This document shows positions 37,991-48,390 of a stretch of DNA of 58,698 nucleotides, in pieces. Source of the DNA: a virus (Duplodnaviria; Caudoviricetes); the IMG/VR virus record IMGVR_UViG_3300029827_000002, positions 1 through 58,698 of that record; one strand, written 5' to 3'. Made by a program: the position numbers and the translations under genes. The first letter of the stretch is position 1, and every line of letters starts with the position of its first letter. A model generated the notes under the pieces. The model had not been told where the DNA came from and did not search any database. It saw only the letters and a program-made list of their open reading frames with translations.

Positions 37991-39178
37991 TTACTCCTTT
38001 CTAATGTGCCTCCCAATTTGTTCCCTAACATAATTTCTATTAAGGAATTTATTATCTTTTAAATGTTCTCTTTGTTCTTTTTGCCAATATTTAACTTTAT
38101 TATCGGCAATATTTTTAACATTATTATCAAGACTTCCAACTGATCTTCTTTTCCAATTGCGAATATTTCTTTCAATTTGTCTTTGTCTTAACTGAGCATT
38201 ATAAGATATTTTTTGGGCTTCATTATATCCATATTGATCAATTAAATCTTGTTCTGCTTTGTCTACTCTTGGCGGCAATGGTTCTTTACCTTCAAACCAT
38301 AGACTTACATCATGCTTACAATTAGGGTGAAATAATCCTTGAGTTTCTGCATCATCTATTGATTCATAAACAGGATGGCGTTCTATGCTTAAAGTTATAC
38401 CTTCGTAAGGAGTGCATAATTCACAAGCTCTAAAATGACTTGATACAACGACTAAAGTATATCCTCCTTCAGCATATCTATTTAAATTAGCCTGTAAAGA
38501 ACATCTTCCTGAGACAGTACGACCGACCATTTCGCAATAAGTATCTATTGAATATTTTGCTCCATTTTTATAAGTTATAGTTTGAATTCCTTGTTTTGCT
38601 AGTTGATCCATCATTTCTTGAGAGTATTTTATCCTTGTGTAAATATCACCTTCTTTGAAATACTTCTCACCTGCTTGTATCGCTGCATTTCGATAAATAT
38701 CCTCAGCTTTTCTTAGTATTTGAATTGGTTGATTATCTAAGTTGTAATATGCTGCATCTCTAAAAGTTTTATAGAAAGGTACATGTTCAGATATATTTTT
38801 AAATAATGATAAAGTCTCGCTACTTAAGGCTGGAATTGCGATTGGTGGAGGACTTTCAATTAAAAAAGATCCATTTGTAATCTTCTTTATAATTGATGCA
38901 GATAAATTATTATATCTTAAATCTGCTTTTGCATGGTTTATTCCTGCGATATATGCTTTTGCTAAGTCTTTATTTGCCCAACTTTTCCAATCTTTATTGA
39001 ATGTTTTGGCAATTGTTGTTACTTCTGTAATATACGCTTTTTTATAATTAGTAACATTTGTTGGATCATTATTTATTTTTTCTAGTAATTTTTTTGTAGC
39101 AATCAGCATTCCAAAAACTACATTTTGAGCAGACAAATATAAATTTTTTCCATAATCTTCATATCTATCAATGTTCAT
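37991..39178 (-). CDS. Minor capsid protein (A118 gp4 / phage minor capsid 2 type)
   Basis: VSSHFRACELC, GLFHPNCKH and QRQIERNIRNWK motifs. Confidence 0.9.
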   Translation of the reverse strand: MNIDRYEDYGKNLYLSAQNVVFGMLIATKKLLEKINNDPTNVTNYKKAYITEVTTIAKTFNKDWKSWANKDLAKAYIAGINHAKADLRYNNLSASIIKKITNGSFLIESPPPIAIPALSSETLSLFKNISEHVPFYKTFRDAAYYNLDNQPIQILRKAEDIYRNAAIQAGEKYFKEGDIYTRIKYSQEMMDQLAKQGIQTITYKNGAKYSIDTYCEMVGRTVSGRCSLQANLNRYAEGGYTLVVVSSHFRACELCTPYEGITLSIERHPVYESIDDAETQGLFHPNCKHDVSLWFEGKEPLPPRVDKAEQDLIDQYGYNEAQKISYNAQLRQRQIERNIRNWKRRSVGSLDNNVKNIADNKVKYWQKEQREHLKDNKFLNRNYVREQIGRHIRKE

Positions 39179-39675
39179 TTCTTCACCTTATTTTTTTGTT
39201 TTTCTTGTTCTTCATGATATTCTATTTGTTGTTCTTCGAATAGTTCAAAATTCTTTGTATTGGCAATTCTAAAATATGCATCACCGGCATGAAAAAAATT
39301 ACCGGCTTTTGTAATTTTAGCAATTACATTTTTATCATTATCGGGAAGTTTATTTTCTTTTTTATCAATGAAAGTATTAACTAAAATTACTAGTCCTTTC
39401 ATATAATATTCAAGTCCGCTTTTATATAGATCATGAAATGGTTGATAACAATCAGGAACTAATAGCTTAATAAATCTGCCATAATTGCTTCTGATCTTGT
39501 CGAGCATTGGTTGATAATTTGGCAAGCTTTGTTTTGCTAAATTCTCTAAATCTCCTAATATTTTATTTAATTTATCAGAAAATAAATAAATATTATTCCT
39601 GTAATCATATTCTTCATTAGTTTCCCATCTGAATTTTATAATATCATTATTATTTTTTTTCATTTTTTCCTCCAA
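39175..39675 (-). CDS. Hypothetical protein
   Basis: Helical ORF between portal and minor capsid. Confidence 0.6.
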   Translation of the reverse strand: MEEKMKKNNNDIIKFRWETNEEYDYRNNIYLFSDKLNKILGDLENLAKQSLPNYQPMLDKIRSNYGRFIKLLVPDCYQPFHDLYKSGLEYYMKGLVILVNTFIDKKENKLPDNDKNVIAKITKAGNFFHAGDAYFRIANTKNFELFEEQQIEYHEEQEKQKNKVKK

Positions 39676-39734
39676 TCTAATAAGGAAATTTTATTATAAA
39701 AACAAATAAAAGACAAGGTTTAAGAATTTTTTTC

Positions 39735-41228
39735 TTAAACCTCAGTTTTAATCATTTCCCCTGTAATTCCTTCATCTGCATTAATTTTGTCAACTTCTTC
39801 TTGTATTTTTTCATCTGTCCAATCTGGATGCTGTAATTTTACCTTCATAAAATTAGAAATAGCTTTTGCCTGATATAAATTTCTTATTACTTCAGATGTT
39901 TCTTTATTATCTGTCATGATTGAATCTTCTATTTCCAATGATATTGGTTGATTTTCATAATTTGAATATAATCCACTTGCTTTATCAATATTTTGGGCTT
40001 GTTGTAATAAACTTAAAATCGCAGGTTTGAAATATTTTTCTTTTTTTGATCTTGTTTTTTGAGACTTATTTTCTCTTATTTTTAAAGCGGTACCGCTTTG
40101 GGCATTTCCATATTCTCCTAAGCCGAATGTTTGCGGAGAATAACCACAATTTGAAATTATTTGCCACGTTAGCTCTGAACACGTTTTCATGTGTTCTTCA
40201 ACTCTAATATCAAATTGTACTTGTTCTATAGGTTTAACATTATTTTCAGACATTCTCCATTGGGTAAAATCCATTTTTACAAAAGACTTTTGAAATTTGC
40301 TAAAATTATTTATAAAGGTCGTTGTACCGTTCACATCTGATCTTGTCTTTTGTAGTAGTTCCTCATCAACAAATATTTGTGCCATTCCTAGTTCTATGTC
40401 ACGCATCCAACTAGTCCAAGCAAAATCTAATGAATCAAGTAAGGAAATATCGTCTGAATAATCATTGATTCCTAAAGGACTTCCTAAAACGAGTCTATTA
40501 GGTCGCATATTAGGTACATATACACACCCTAAACCATATACATTTTTATATTCAACTGGCTTTAAATTTAAATCTTCAGTTTCTTTAATACTATTAGGAT
40601 CAATTTCTTTGCCTACTTTTGTCGCTGTTCCAACGTTTAATTTATATTCGATTAAAAGAGAATTGCCACTTCTTCTTCTATTCTCAAATAATCTAAAGAC
40701 TTTCCCACTATCTGTCTTTTTAACTACTCTAAAAAACAAGATTTCCCATAGTCTACCTCTCCAAAAAGTAGGAATAAATTGCTTTGGATTCATTACATTA
40801 ATTAAAGGAACTCCTTCTAATTGTGCCTCTATGTCTAATTTTAATACACAACCTGAGATTGCTGCCGATATTTCCGCACTTTCTAATAAAATACTATTAA
40901 ATCCATTCTTTTCAATAATATCTTTTATTCTTTCCCCAGCAATTGTTTTTTGATCATATTTATAAATTGGACTTTCAGAAAACAATAAATCTGCCGAAGT
41001 GCTTGCGATATCACCAGCTAAAGGCATATGGACAATACCTTTTCTTTCTTCAGTTTCTAGTCTTGCCCAAAACTTTTCTTGAGCTGTCTCATTTCCCGAA
41101 GCTAATCTTGTATAAAATCTTAATAATTGTTCAGGATCTCCACTATACCAACTTGCCCATTCCTCATATTTTAAAAACCAATAGTCGCATTGATTAGGTG
41201 GAAAATTATCTTTTTCATTCAAAAACAT
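39735..41228 (-). CDS. Portal protein (SPP1/A118 type)
   Basis: MPLAGDIASTSADLLFSE, YVPN, LDSLD...S and GYSPQTFG...SGTA motifs. Confidence 0.92.
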   Translation of the reverse strand: MFLNEKDNFPPNQCDYWFLKYEEWASWYSGDPEQLLRFYTRLASGNETAQEKFWARLETEERKGIVHMPLAGDIASTSADLLFSESPIYKYDQKTIAGERIKDIIEKNGFNSILLESAEISAAISGCVLKLDIEAQLEGVPLINVMNPKQFIPTFWRGRLWEILFFRVVKKTDSGKVFRLFENRRRSGNSLLIEYKLNVGTATKVGKEIDPNSIKETEDLNLKPVEYKNVYGLGCVYVPNMRPNRLVLGSPLGINDYSDDISLLDSLDFAWTSWMRDIELGMAQIFVDEELLQKTRSDVNGTTTFINNFSKFQKSFVKMDFTQWRMSENNVKPIEQVQFDIRVEEHMKTCSELTWQIISNCGYSPQTFGLGEYGNAQSGTALKIRENKSQKTRSKKEKYFKPAILSLLQQAQNIDKASGLYSNYENQPISLEIEDSIMTDNKETSEVIRNLYQAKAISNFMKVKLQHPDWTDEKIQEEVDKINADEGITGEMIKTEV

Positions 41229-41663
41229 TTAATTCACTCCTTCTAAATTTTCAATAAATCTATCAATAATTTCTCCTACAGTAAACTTATTTTTATATAT
41301 TTTTTTATTTTTAACTACTTCTCCCTTTTTATAATTTTTATAATATACTTCTCTGACAATACATTTACGAGCATCTATCCAATTATTATAATTATCTATA
41401 TAATGTTCGGCTATTATTAAAATAGAATTTTTCACTTTGTTTAAATCAAAAATTAATCTTGTTAATGCTAATTCTTGTCCAATAGGCAATTTTGTTTCTT
41501 TGTATTTAATTTCTAATAATATATATGCTTTATTTTTATATTCTATTAATCCATCCATATCAGTTGGTGTAATCTTATTATAAACAAGATTTTCAAAAGT
41601 TATAATTTGTTGTTTTCTTCCAATATGATTAATTTTACCTCTATTATTTTCATGATTTAACAT
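41229..41663 (-). CDS. Putative PD-(D/E)XK-fold nuclease-like protein
   Basis: PTDMDG...LLEIKY...GQ..AL pattern. Confidence 0.55.
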   Translation of the reverse strand: MLNHENNRGKINHIGRKQQIITFENLVYNKITPTDMDGLIEYKNKAYILLEIKYKETKLPIGQELALTRLIFDLNKVKNSILIIAEHYIDNYNNWIDARKCIVREVYYKNYKKGEVVKNKKIYKNKFTVGEIIDRFIENLEGVN

Positions 41664-42708
41664 TTAAAGTACACCACCCATATTTTGAAAATATATTTAT
41701 AAATTTATTAGAATTATTTCCAAAATATATAAAACATTGTCCTTGTAAAGGTGAACATTTATTATTATTAGGCTGATAAAACTTAATACGTCCTTTTGGA
41801 AAACAAATAGCATTTGAATAATTTATAATTTTATGAAACCAGATAGTATCAGTTGCATTGTTTACAAGTAATATACATTGATTTATATTGTTTAATTCTT
41901 CAATAATTTTATCAATAAATTTATTTATTAAGTTTATTGAATATGGCGGATTAATCCATATATTTCCTTTCCATTTCTTTGTTAATCCATTATCTTTAAT
42001 TGTATATATTTTATTTGCTTTAACAATTTTATTTGCTTCAATTGAACTTGCTGGATCTAAATCTATATTATTCATTACTTCAATTACAGCTTTTATATAA
42101 ACTTCTGGCGTATACCATTCATTATCTCCAGAATTATTAACAATATGAGGTTTTTTAATATCTTGATATGCTTTATTTACTGTAATTTCTCCTTTTTTTA
42201 GTTTGTTTTTTGTCTCTTCATCTGCTTTTTCTTCTATATGTTTTACTTTGTTTAGCGTTCCTTTACTGACGTTAAATGCTTCACTTGCTTGTTTTTCGCT
42301 ATCAACATTCCCCAATGTTGGGGAATCATTGTTTAACTTTCTTGACGTTCTATTAGCTTTTGACTTATTTTCTAATCCTTTAATCTTTAATATATCCTGA
42401 AGTTTTAAAGCCAATAAACCTCTATCATAATTATTTAAATTTCTTCTACCTCTTTGATTATTTATCATCCATTCAATAACATCAATTCTATTATTAAAAC
42501 TCATATATTCAGTTTCATATTGCAAATTATTTTTTTCAGCTATTTTGTATCTATTATGACCGTCAATAATTATATTTTCACCAGACCAAATTTTTATTGA
42601 ATCTTGTATGCCATGATTTTTGCAATTTTCTTCTAACTGATTAAATTCTTCATCTGTTAATTTTGGTATTAATTTTTCAAATTCTTTATCAATTTTTAAT
42701 TCTTTCAT
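41650..42708 (-). CDS. ParB-like domain fused to phage DNA N6-adenine methyltransferase
   Basis: IIDGHNRY...NQRGRRNL; C-terminal NEWYTP, DLDPAS, INPPYS and GRIKF motifs. Confidence 0.9.
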   Translation of the reverse strand: MKELKIDKEFEKLIPKLTDEEFNQLEENCKNHGIQDSIKIWSGENIIIDGHNRYKIAEKNNLQYETEYMSFNNRIDVIEWMINNQRGRRNLNNYDRGLLALKLQDILKIKGLENKSKANRTSRKLNNDSPTLGNVDSEKQASEAFNVSKGTLNKVKHIEEKADEETKNKLKKGEITVNKAYQDIKKPHIVNNSGDNEWYTPEVYIKAVIEVMNNIDLDPASSIEANKIVKANKIYTIKDNGLTKKWKGNIWINPPYSINLINKFIDKIIEELNNINQCILLVNNATDTIWFHKIINYSNAICFPKGRIKFYQPNNNKCSPLQGQCFIYFGNNSNKFINIFSKYGWCTLNVKS

Positions 42709-42718
42709 ATTTTCTCCT

Positions 42719-44176
42719 TTAAATTCCTAAAATTTTATATCTACTTGTAGCCCAAGCTATAAGACTATCGGGTATATGGTCGTCAATCTTTGCAATCTGC
42801 CCTAGTTCTGGGTTTGCATAATGATATTTTTTCATTTTCTCTTGAGCTGTTTTATTAGTAATATTTAATTTATTTCTTTCTAATAAAAATCTTAATACAT
42901 TTATGCCAATACCTTTCCACTTATTAAAAGATACTGGAATAACTTTAGTTGGACATCTTAATTCCATAAAAGTTTTTTGTAATGTAATATTGCTGTCTTT
43001 AGGGTTACTATCACAATAGACGGCTATTACATTATATTTGATACATAATTCAGCTATTGCCTTACATCTTTCTTTTAATTCGACATATTCCCAATATTTA
43101 GTTATATTATTTCTGAAAATTTCTCTAGGGTCTTGAATTAAAGAAAAAGCTGTAAAACTATATCCCCAGTCAATTCCAGCCTCTGTAAATACTTTAGGCT
43201 CAAATATATCATTTCTACCTCTGTTATACGCTCTATCTATACTATCAAATTCAAAAATTGTTTCCCCTACTTTAGGTCTTTTTAGTAAATATTCAGCATC
43301 AACCATTGCTTTGGTACATTGTTTTATTTTTCTTTCAAATTCTGATAAAGTCCAAAAACCTCTCTTTCCAATAACTTCATTAATACACCAAGCATATAAT
43401 TTAGCTCCAATTTCATATCTATTATCGATTATTTCAGACATTAATCCAAAAGCATTATGTAAAGTGCTAGAAATTATTACATTATCAAGTATTCCATAAT
43501 TTGATTTCGGCTGTCCTAAAGCTCCCAAATATATCTTTTCTTCCATTTCATCAACTTCATCTAATCTTAATTTTTGAGGATGGGGCCCTCTTATTGATTT
43601 TGTAGAAGCTGCCAAAGCTTGAAATTGTGATCCATGAGTTGTTTTAAAACCTCTTCCAGCTACTTGACCATTAACTAAAAGTTTGTTTCTTAAATGAGCT
43701 ACCGTTGGCATATTCCATAATTCATTGGTATAGGCAACCGCTTTTATTGACTGTTCTAAGCTTCCCCCTAGTACAGTTGTCCAGCAATGAGGTTTGAAAA
43801 CACTTTCTAACCAACCAAGAATCGCTAAATCTCTTGTTTTACCTGATCCTCTCATTGCATACCATATGGAAAATGAATCTTGTTCTGAGTAAGCTCCCCA
43901 TAATGCATCTAATGGAGATTTATGATCATTCTTTACACAATATTCATTAGTACTTCGAGGATAAGGAAATTTATTATTTAATACTGTGGCACAATAAAGA
44001 GCCAACTGTTCCTTTGATCTTGGAGCTTTTCCAGCGAATGATTCATCTATATCAACTATATTTGAAAAGTTTGGTAATGCTTCTTGTCTATTATAAAGAG
44101 AATTAATCACAGCAAAAGAAAGAATATCACAATATTTTATTATTGTTTTTTTATTTCTCTTCTTTGTTTTCTGCAT
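42719..44176 (-). CDS. terL: Terminase large subunit
   Basis: Walker A MRGSGKT, Walker B LRLDEVD, nuclease GIDWG and DDHIPDS motifs. Confidence 0.9.
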   Translation of the reverse strand: MQKTKKRNKKTIIKYCDILSFAVINSLYNRQEALPNFSNIVDIDESFAGKAPRSKEQLALYCATVLNNKFPYPRSTNEYCVKNDHKSPLDALWGAYSEQDSFSIWYAMRGSGKTRDLAILGWLESVFKPHCWTTVLGGSLEQSIKAVAYTNELWNMPTVAHLRNKLLVNGQVAGRGFKTTHGSQFQALAASTKSIRGPHPQKLRLDEVDEMEEKIYLGALGQPKSNYGILDNVIISSTLHNAFGLMSEIIDNRYEIGAKLYAWCINEVIGKRGFWTLSEFERKIKQCTKAMVDAEYLLKRPKVGETIFEFDSIDRAYNRGRNDIFEPKVFTEAGIDWGYSFTAFSLIQDPREIFRNNITKYWEYVELKERCKAIAELCIKYNVIAVYCDSNPKDSNITLQKTFMELRCPTKVIPVSFNKWKGIGINVLRFLLERNKLNITNKTAQEKMKKYHYANPELGQIAKIDDHIPDSLIAWATSRYKILGI

Positions 44177-44759
44177 TTTTATCCTCTTCTTCCTTAATTT
44201 CTTTTTCTAATTGCTTATAGTCGTCATCATCAATTGCAGGATATAAAGCTTTGAAGGCATTTTGTATATGTTCATCTGTAATGTTAAGTTTAATTCTTCC
44301 CTTTTCAAATTCTTCAATGATTTCTTGATCAACTCTTTTCCATTTAGTAGGAAATCTATTACATAGAGCAAAAATTAAAGCGTTAACATTCCCTCTATGA
44401 AATTTTGTAATTTTTTTTTGTTTCTTTTTTCTTTTTATTACTTTTTCTTTACCATCATTATCAATTAATACATCTTCTTCTAATTCTGTTTGTACTTCAG
44501 TATGTTCAAAGCCTGTACTTTCTTTATATAATGCTTCTGTTAGTTTGATTTCTAATTGTTGTTTGCTGTTCTTTAGGACCTCTTTAAACTCTGTTTTTAA
44601 TGTAGAATATTTATAGAAAGTTGCTTCACTTACTCCCAACATTTTATAAATTTGCTGGTGCGAATAACCTTCATTAAGCCAAAATCTAATTTGATCTAAT
44701 TGAGGATAAATTATTGTATCATATGCATTTTTTCTTCCTGCTTTTTTGACTTTTGACAT
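44151..44759 (-). CDS. terS: Terminase small subunit
   Basis: N-terminal HTH (LGVSEATFYKY), ALIFALCNRFP..W; upstream of terL. Confidence 0.85.
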   Translation of the reverse strand: MSKVKKAGRKNAYDTIIYPQLDQIRFWLNEGYSHQQIYKMLGVSEATFYKYSTLKTEFKEVLKNSKQQLEIKLTEALYKESTGFEHTEVQTELEEDVLIDNDGKEKVIKRKKKQKKITKFHRGNVNALIFALCNRFPTKWKRVDQEIIEEFEKGRIKLNITDEHIQNAFKALYPAIDDDDYKQLEKEIKEEEDKNAENKEEK

Positions 44760-44763
44760 AATA

Positions 44764-45630
44764 TCAACTCTTTTTAAATTTCTCGTTTAATATACATGGA
44801 ACAGCATTTTTCCACTTGATTTTATGATGTATTCTTTTTGAATCATTATTTATTATCATAGAAATTTTTACACATGATGGACAATACATTACAGTATAAA
44901 AACTTTTAACATATGTTCCTTGTTCTAAATATATAGTTGTCATTCCTCCTGATTGTTTTTGGGTTTGTATTTGTTCTAGTGCGATATGATTAAGCATTAC
45001 AAAAATTTTACCTTCTTGTCCTAATTTTACATAGGTTGTTGTATCTTCATTTACATTTCCTAAAAAACTAAACCTTCTGTCTACACTACATACAAAGCTA
45101 TTCATAGCTTTTCTTTTTAATCTTATAGCTGCTCCCATTGGGTTATTTGTTCCCCCAATATAATCCCCACCTTGAGCGAATGTAACGGTTAGAATATCTT
45201 TGTTATATTCAAGAAATTTAATCATTTCATCAATAATATTATCTAATATTGGAATTCTAATTTTTGTATGTTTGTAATCTAAATTCTTATTAAATCGATA
45301 ATTCATTGATTTATAATCATCATCAAGTTCCATAAAATATTTAAATCCTTTTTCTTTAGCGATATCAAAACAAATATTTCTTGCCGATACTACAGTCTTT
45401 CTATGGTTAAAATTATCTCCTTGATCAGTCTTTTTACATGCTTCTTTTTTATCAAACATTAAAACTTTTTCAGTTCCATATTTATCAAAATATTGATTCA
45501 CTGTTTCATCTTCATTGTCTATCAGAATAAACCATTTACCACTATAACCAAGATTATTTAACATATTAATCGTATGTATTTTATCAGCACGACCATGACT
45601 TAAAATAAAAACACAAAAATCTTTTCTCAA
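44764..45630 (-). CDS. GREB1/TAGT-like GT-A glycosyltransferase
   Basis: FILSHGRA, ARN, YFMELDDDY, RKAMNSF, NEDT, QTQ..SGGMT..Y and RIHH.I.W motifs. Confidence 0.8.
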   Translation of the reverse strand: MRKDFCVFILSHGRADKIHTINMLNNLGYSGKWFILIDNEDETVNQYFDKYGTEKVLMFDKKEACKKTDQGDNFNHRKTVVSARNICFDIAKEKGFKYFMELDDDYKSMNYRFNKNLDYKHTKIRIPILDNIIDEMIKFLEYNKDILTVTFAQGGDYIGGTNNPMGAAIRLKRKAMNSFVCSVDRRFSFLGNVNEDTTTYVKLGQEGKIFVMLNHIALEQIQTQKQSGGMTTIYLEQGTYVKSFYTVMYCPSCVKISMIINNDSKRIHHKIKWKNAVPCILNEKFKKS

Positions 45631-46484
45631 TTAAAATCATCCTCTCCAAATGGCCCTTCAACTTCATTATTATTTAATTCATCTTCTCTTAATTCATTTA
45701 TTTTTTTTGAAAAATCAACAAGACCGTTAGCGATAGCTTTTTCATAATCAATTATAATTAAAGCTAAATCTTCCATTAATTCTTGAGTCTCTTTATTTTG
45801 ATGGCAATAAAATTCTGCGATATTTTCATAATTGAAGGTTAAAAATCTATTTGCGGCAAGGGTTAAAAAATCTTTTAAATCTTGATCGATATTACTTTTA
45901 TTAATTTTATTAATTAATTCTTTTGTTCTATCAACATTAACTAATTCATTAATTGGTGGAGCTTCATCCATTTTAGGCGTATATTCTGGAGATGCAATTT
46001 TATCAGTATATCTATTTTCATCATTTTCATTACTACCAGATCCCGAAGAATCATTATTATTATTTCCAAGACTTTTGAATTCTTCTTCTAAATCTTTAAA
46101 TTCTTGATTATCGAATCCAGTTAAAAGAAAATCATCTTCTCCGAAATCTTTTAAAATTTCATAAAGCTTTTCATTATCCCATTCACCAGATATTTTATTG
46201 AGTGCTACATTTAAAGCTTTTTCTTTTGTTTCATCAAGACCAACAACAACACAATCAATATCGGTATAACCTAAATCATTTAATACTTTTACTCTTTGAT
46301 GACCTCCAATTATTCTATACTTATTATTTTCACAATTTTCATTGACGATAATCGGCTCAACATAACCAAATTCATCAATACTTTTCTTGATCTTTTGATA
46401 TTCTGGATCACTTTCTTGTAAATCTTTTCTTGGGTTATATTCAGCATTGATTAATTCGCTAATTGATAACTTTTTAATTTTCAA
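45627..46484 (-). CDS. ParB/Srx-domain protein with C-terminal helical domain
   Basis: AEYNPRK...SIDEFGYVEPIIVN...IIGGHQR; C-terminal FNYENIAEFY...ALIIIDYEKAIANG. Confidence 0.85.
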   Translation of the reverse strand: MKIKKLSISELINAEYNPRKDLQESDPEYQKIKKSIDEFGYVEPIIVNENCENNKYRIIGGHQRVKVLNDLGYTDIDCVVVGLDETKEKALNVALNKISGEWDNEKLYEILKDFGEDDFLLTGFDNQEFKDLEEEFKSLGNNNNDSSGSGSNENDENRYTDKIASPEYTPKMDEAPPINELVNVDRTKELINKINKSNIDQDLKDFLTLAANRFLTFNYENIAEFYCHQNKETQELMEDLALIIIDYEKAIANGLVDFSKKINELREDELNNNEVEGPFGEDDFN

Positions 46485-46539
46485 GACATCATCTCCTCTA
46501 CTTTTAAGTATATTGTACTATAAATATTGAATAAAACAA

Positions 46540-46568
46540 AAGGAAGCTTAGAAATTCTAAGCTTCCTT
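46540..46568. terminator. Hairpin/terminator
   Basis: AAGGAAGCTTAGAAATTCTAAGCTTCCTT. Confidence 0.7.
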
Positions 46569-46576
46569 AACATATT

Positions 46577-46771
46577 TTATTTATTTAATGTTTTCTTATA
46601 ATTAGAAATTAATTTATATATTTCTTCTATCTCTTGAAAAGATAAATAATTCTTTGATATATTTATCTTTTCAATATCCCTATTTCTAATAAATACATCA
46701 GCTATAATTTTATTATTATCTATAATTGAATAAACTGGATTTCTCCCTCTTACGGTACATTTTAAATACAT
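46577..46771 (-). CDS. Hypothetical protein
   Basis: Short ORF in operon. Confidence 0.45.
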   Translation of the reverse strand: MYLKCTVRGRNPVYSIIDNNKIIADVFIRNRDIEKINISKNYLSFQEIEEIYKLISNYKKTLNK

Positions 46772-46775
46772 TATT

Positions 46776-46994
46776 TCAAATGTTAAATTTTTTATTATAT
46801 TTTATTGTTTGATTTTCAAGTTTATTAATCCTTTTTTGGTTATTTTTTATAATAGCTTCCAAAGTTTTAATATAATCACATAATTTTTGATGTTTCTTTT
46901 CAAATATTGCTTGATTATCTGTCAAAAGTTCTAATTGTTTATAAATTGATATTGATTCATCTATAATTTTCGAATTTTGTTCTTTTTTAAACAT
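46776..46994 (-). CDS. Coiled-coil hypothetical protein
   Basis: AAGGAG RBS. Confidence 0.55.
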   Translation of the reverse strand: MFKKEQNSKIIDESISIYKQLELLTDNQAIFEKKHQKLCDYIKTLEAIIKNNQKRINKLENQTIKYNKKFNI

Positions 46995-47165
46995 TTCTTA
47001 AATTCTCCTTTACCTTTTTTAAATTTTCTCTAAATTTATTTTCATCAGAACTTTTATTATTGGATTTAATTATTTCTTCTCTTTTCTTTTGTTCTGCTAT
47101 TTCTCCTTTTTCAATATAACTATTATAGCTATTTACGATATCATTATACATTTTTTATCAGTCCT

Positions 47166-47795
47166 TTAATTTTTTATAAAATCATATACTACAGCTCCAT
47201 TATTGACTATTAGTATATAATTTTCTTTATTTAAATTATTAACAAGACATAATAACATGTCGTCATCTTCTATTTGTCTTGATATTTTCTTTAAATTCTT
47301 AATTAGTCCGTTCCAAGTTGATAACGCTTGTTGATCTCCATTATATGCCTGCATAGCTTCAACCATAAAACTTTTATCATGTGGAATTATTTCTATTGTT
47401 TTGATTGATTCTTTATATTTAATGTCTGCAATATTTTTAAAATTTTCTCGAAGTATTGCTAATTGTACATCAAGAGTGTTGACTTTAGTTGGTTTTATAG
47501 TTGGCTTTTTAGTTGGTTTTGGTATCACAATTTCAGTTGATTTATTTTTAATCTTATCTTCATGCGATAAGGTCGGTTTATTTTTAACCTTATCTTTTGC
47601 TAAATTAGCTTTATTTTTATTATCATTTTTTTTAACTTTATCTTTAGTTACAATTTTTTCTGTTTTAGTATTTTGAGAATCATCATTTAAAAGAAATCCT
47701 CCAACACCCAAACATGTCAAAAAACTGAGAAAAAATATTCCACCTATAATTATTAATGTTATTTTCAAAACTTGATTATTTGTATATTTATTCAT
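47166..47795 (-). CDS. Membrane-anchored extracytoplasmic protein
   Basis: N-terminal TM, Lys/Pro/Thr linker, globular C-terminus; ATG 47795 after AGGAGG. Confidence 0.7.
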   Translation of the reverse strand: MNKYTNNQVLKITLIIIGGIFFLSFLTCLGVGGFLLNDDSQNTKTEKIVTKDKVKKNDNKNKANLAKDKVKNKPTLSHEDKIKNKSTEIVIPKPTKKPTIKPTKVNTLDVQLAILRENFKNIADIKYKESIKTIEIIPHDKSFMVEAMQAYNGDQQALSTWNGLIKNLKKISRQIEDDDMLLCLVNNLNKENYILIVNNGAVVYDFIKN

Positions 47796-47814
47796 TTCCA
47801 AATTCCTCCTATTA

Positions 47815-48144
47815 TTATCTTTTATTAATTCTTTCAATTTTTTTCATTAATTTTTCATTGTTAATTTTTTCAGCAATAAAATCCAGCTCTGATTCCGACA
47901 ATCTTTCTGGCTCAATGAGTTCATATCCACCATCATATCCGCCATAAGTTTCGATTTTATGTCCCAAAATTTCTAATGTCCGCTTGTAATAATAAATTGA
48001 TCTTTTATTATTAAGCCCCAATCTTTCCGCAAGCTCAGGGGCCTTTTTTCTTCCTTCTTCTTTCAATATTTTTAACATTTTTAAAGCGTTTTCAAGCTTC
48101 TTTGTTTTTGTATTATCATATATTTTTTTCTTTGTCATTGACAT
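47815..48144 (-). CDS. Winged HTH (HTH_11, YafY/PafC-like N-terminus) protein
   Basis: KAPELAERLGL..RSIYYY..TL...G..I....GYDGGYEL. Confidence 0.8.
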   Translation of the reverse strand: MSMTKKKIYDNTKTKKLENALKMLKILKEEGRKKAPELAERLGLNNKRSIYYYKRTLEILGHKIETYGGYDGGYELIEPERLSESELDFIAEKINNEKLMKKIERINKR

Positions 48145-48390
48145 ATCAACCTCACTTTATTTATCATTTTGCCCTAGTTGTATTTAGGGCAAAATGATAT
48201 AATATATATATGTTTTAAAAAATTTAAATAATTATTACTACTTTTAAGGGCTGATAATATCAGCCTTTTTTATATGTCAGCTTCTACAGCTTCAAGGTCT
48301 TTAAGCTTTTCCAAATATTCTGGATCACATGAGCCATCTGTAAATTCTTCATCTGGATTGAAATTCATAACTCTAGGACTATGATATTTA

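Noticed and set aside
40465-43499. Plus-strand ORFs within the portal, methyltransferase and terminase genes
   Set aside because: Antisense shadows of well-supported minus-strand genes.
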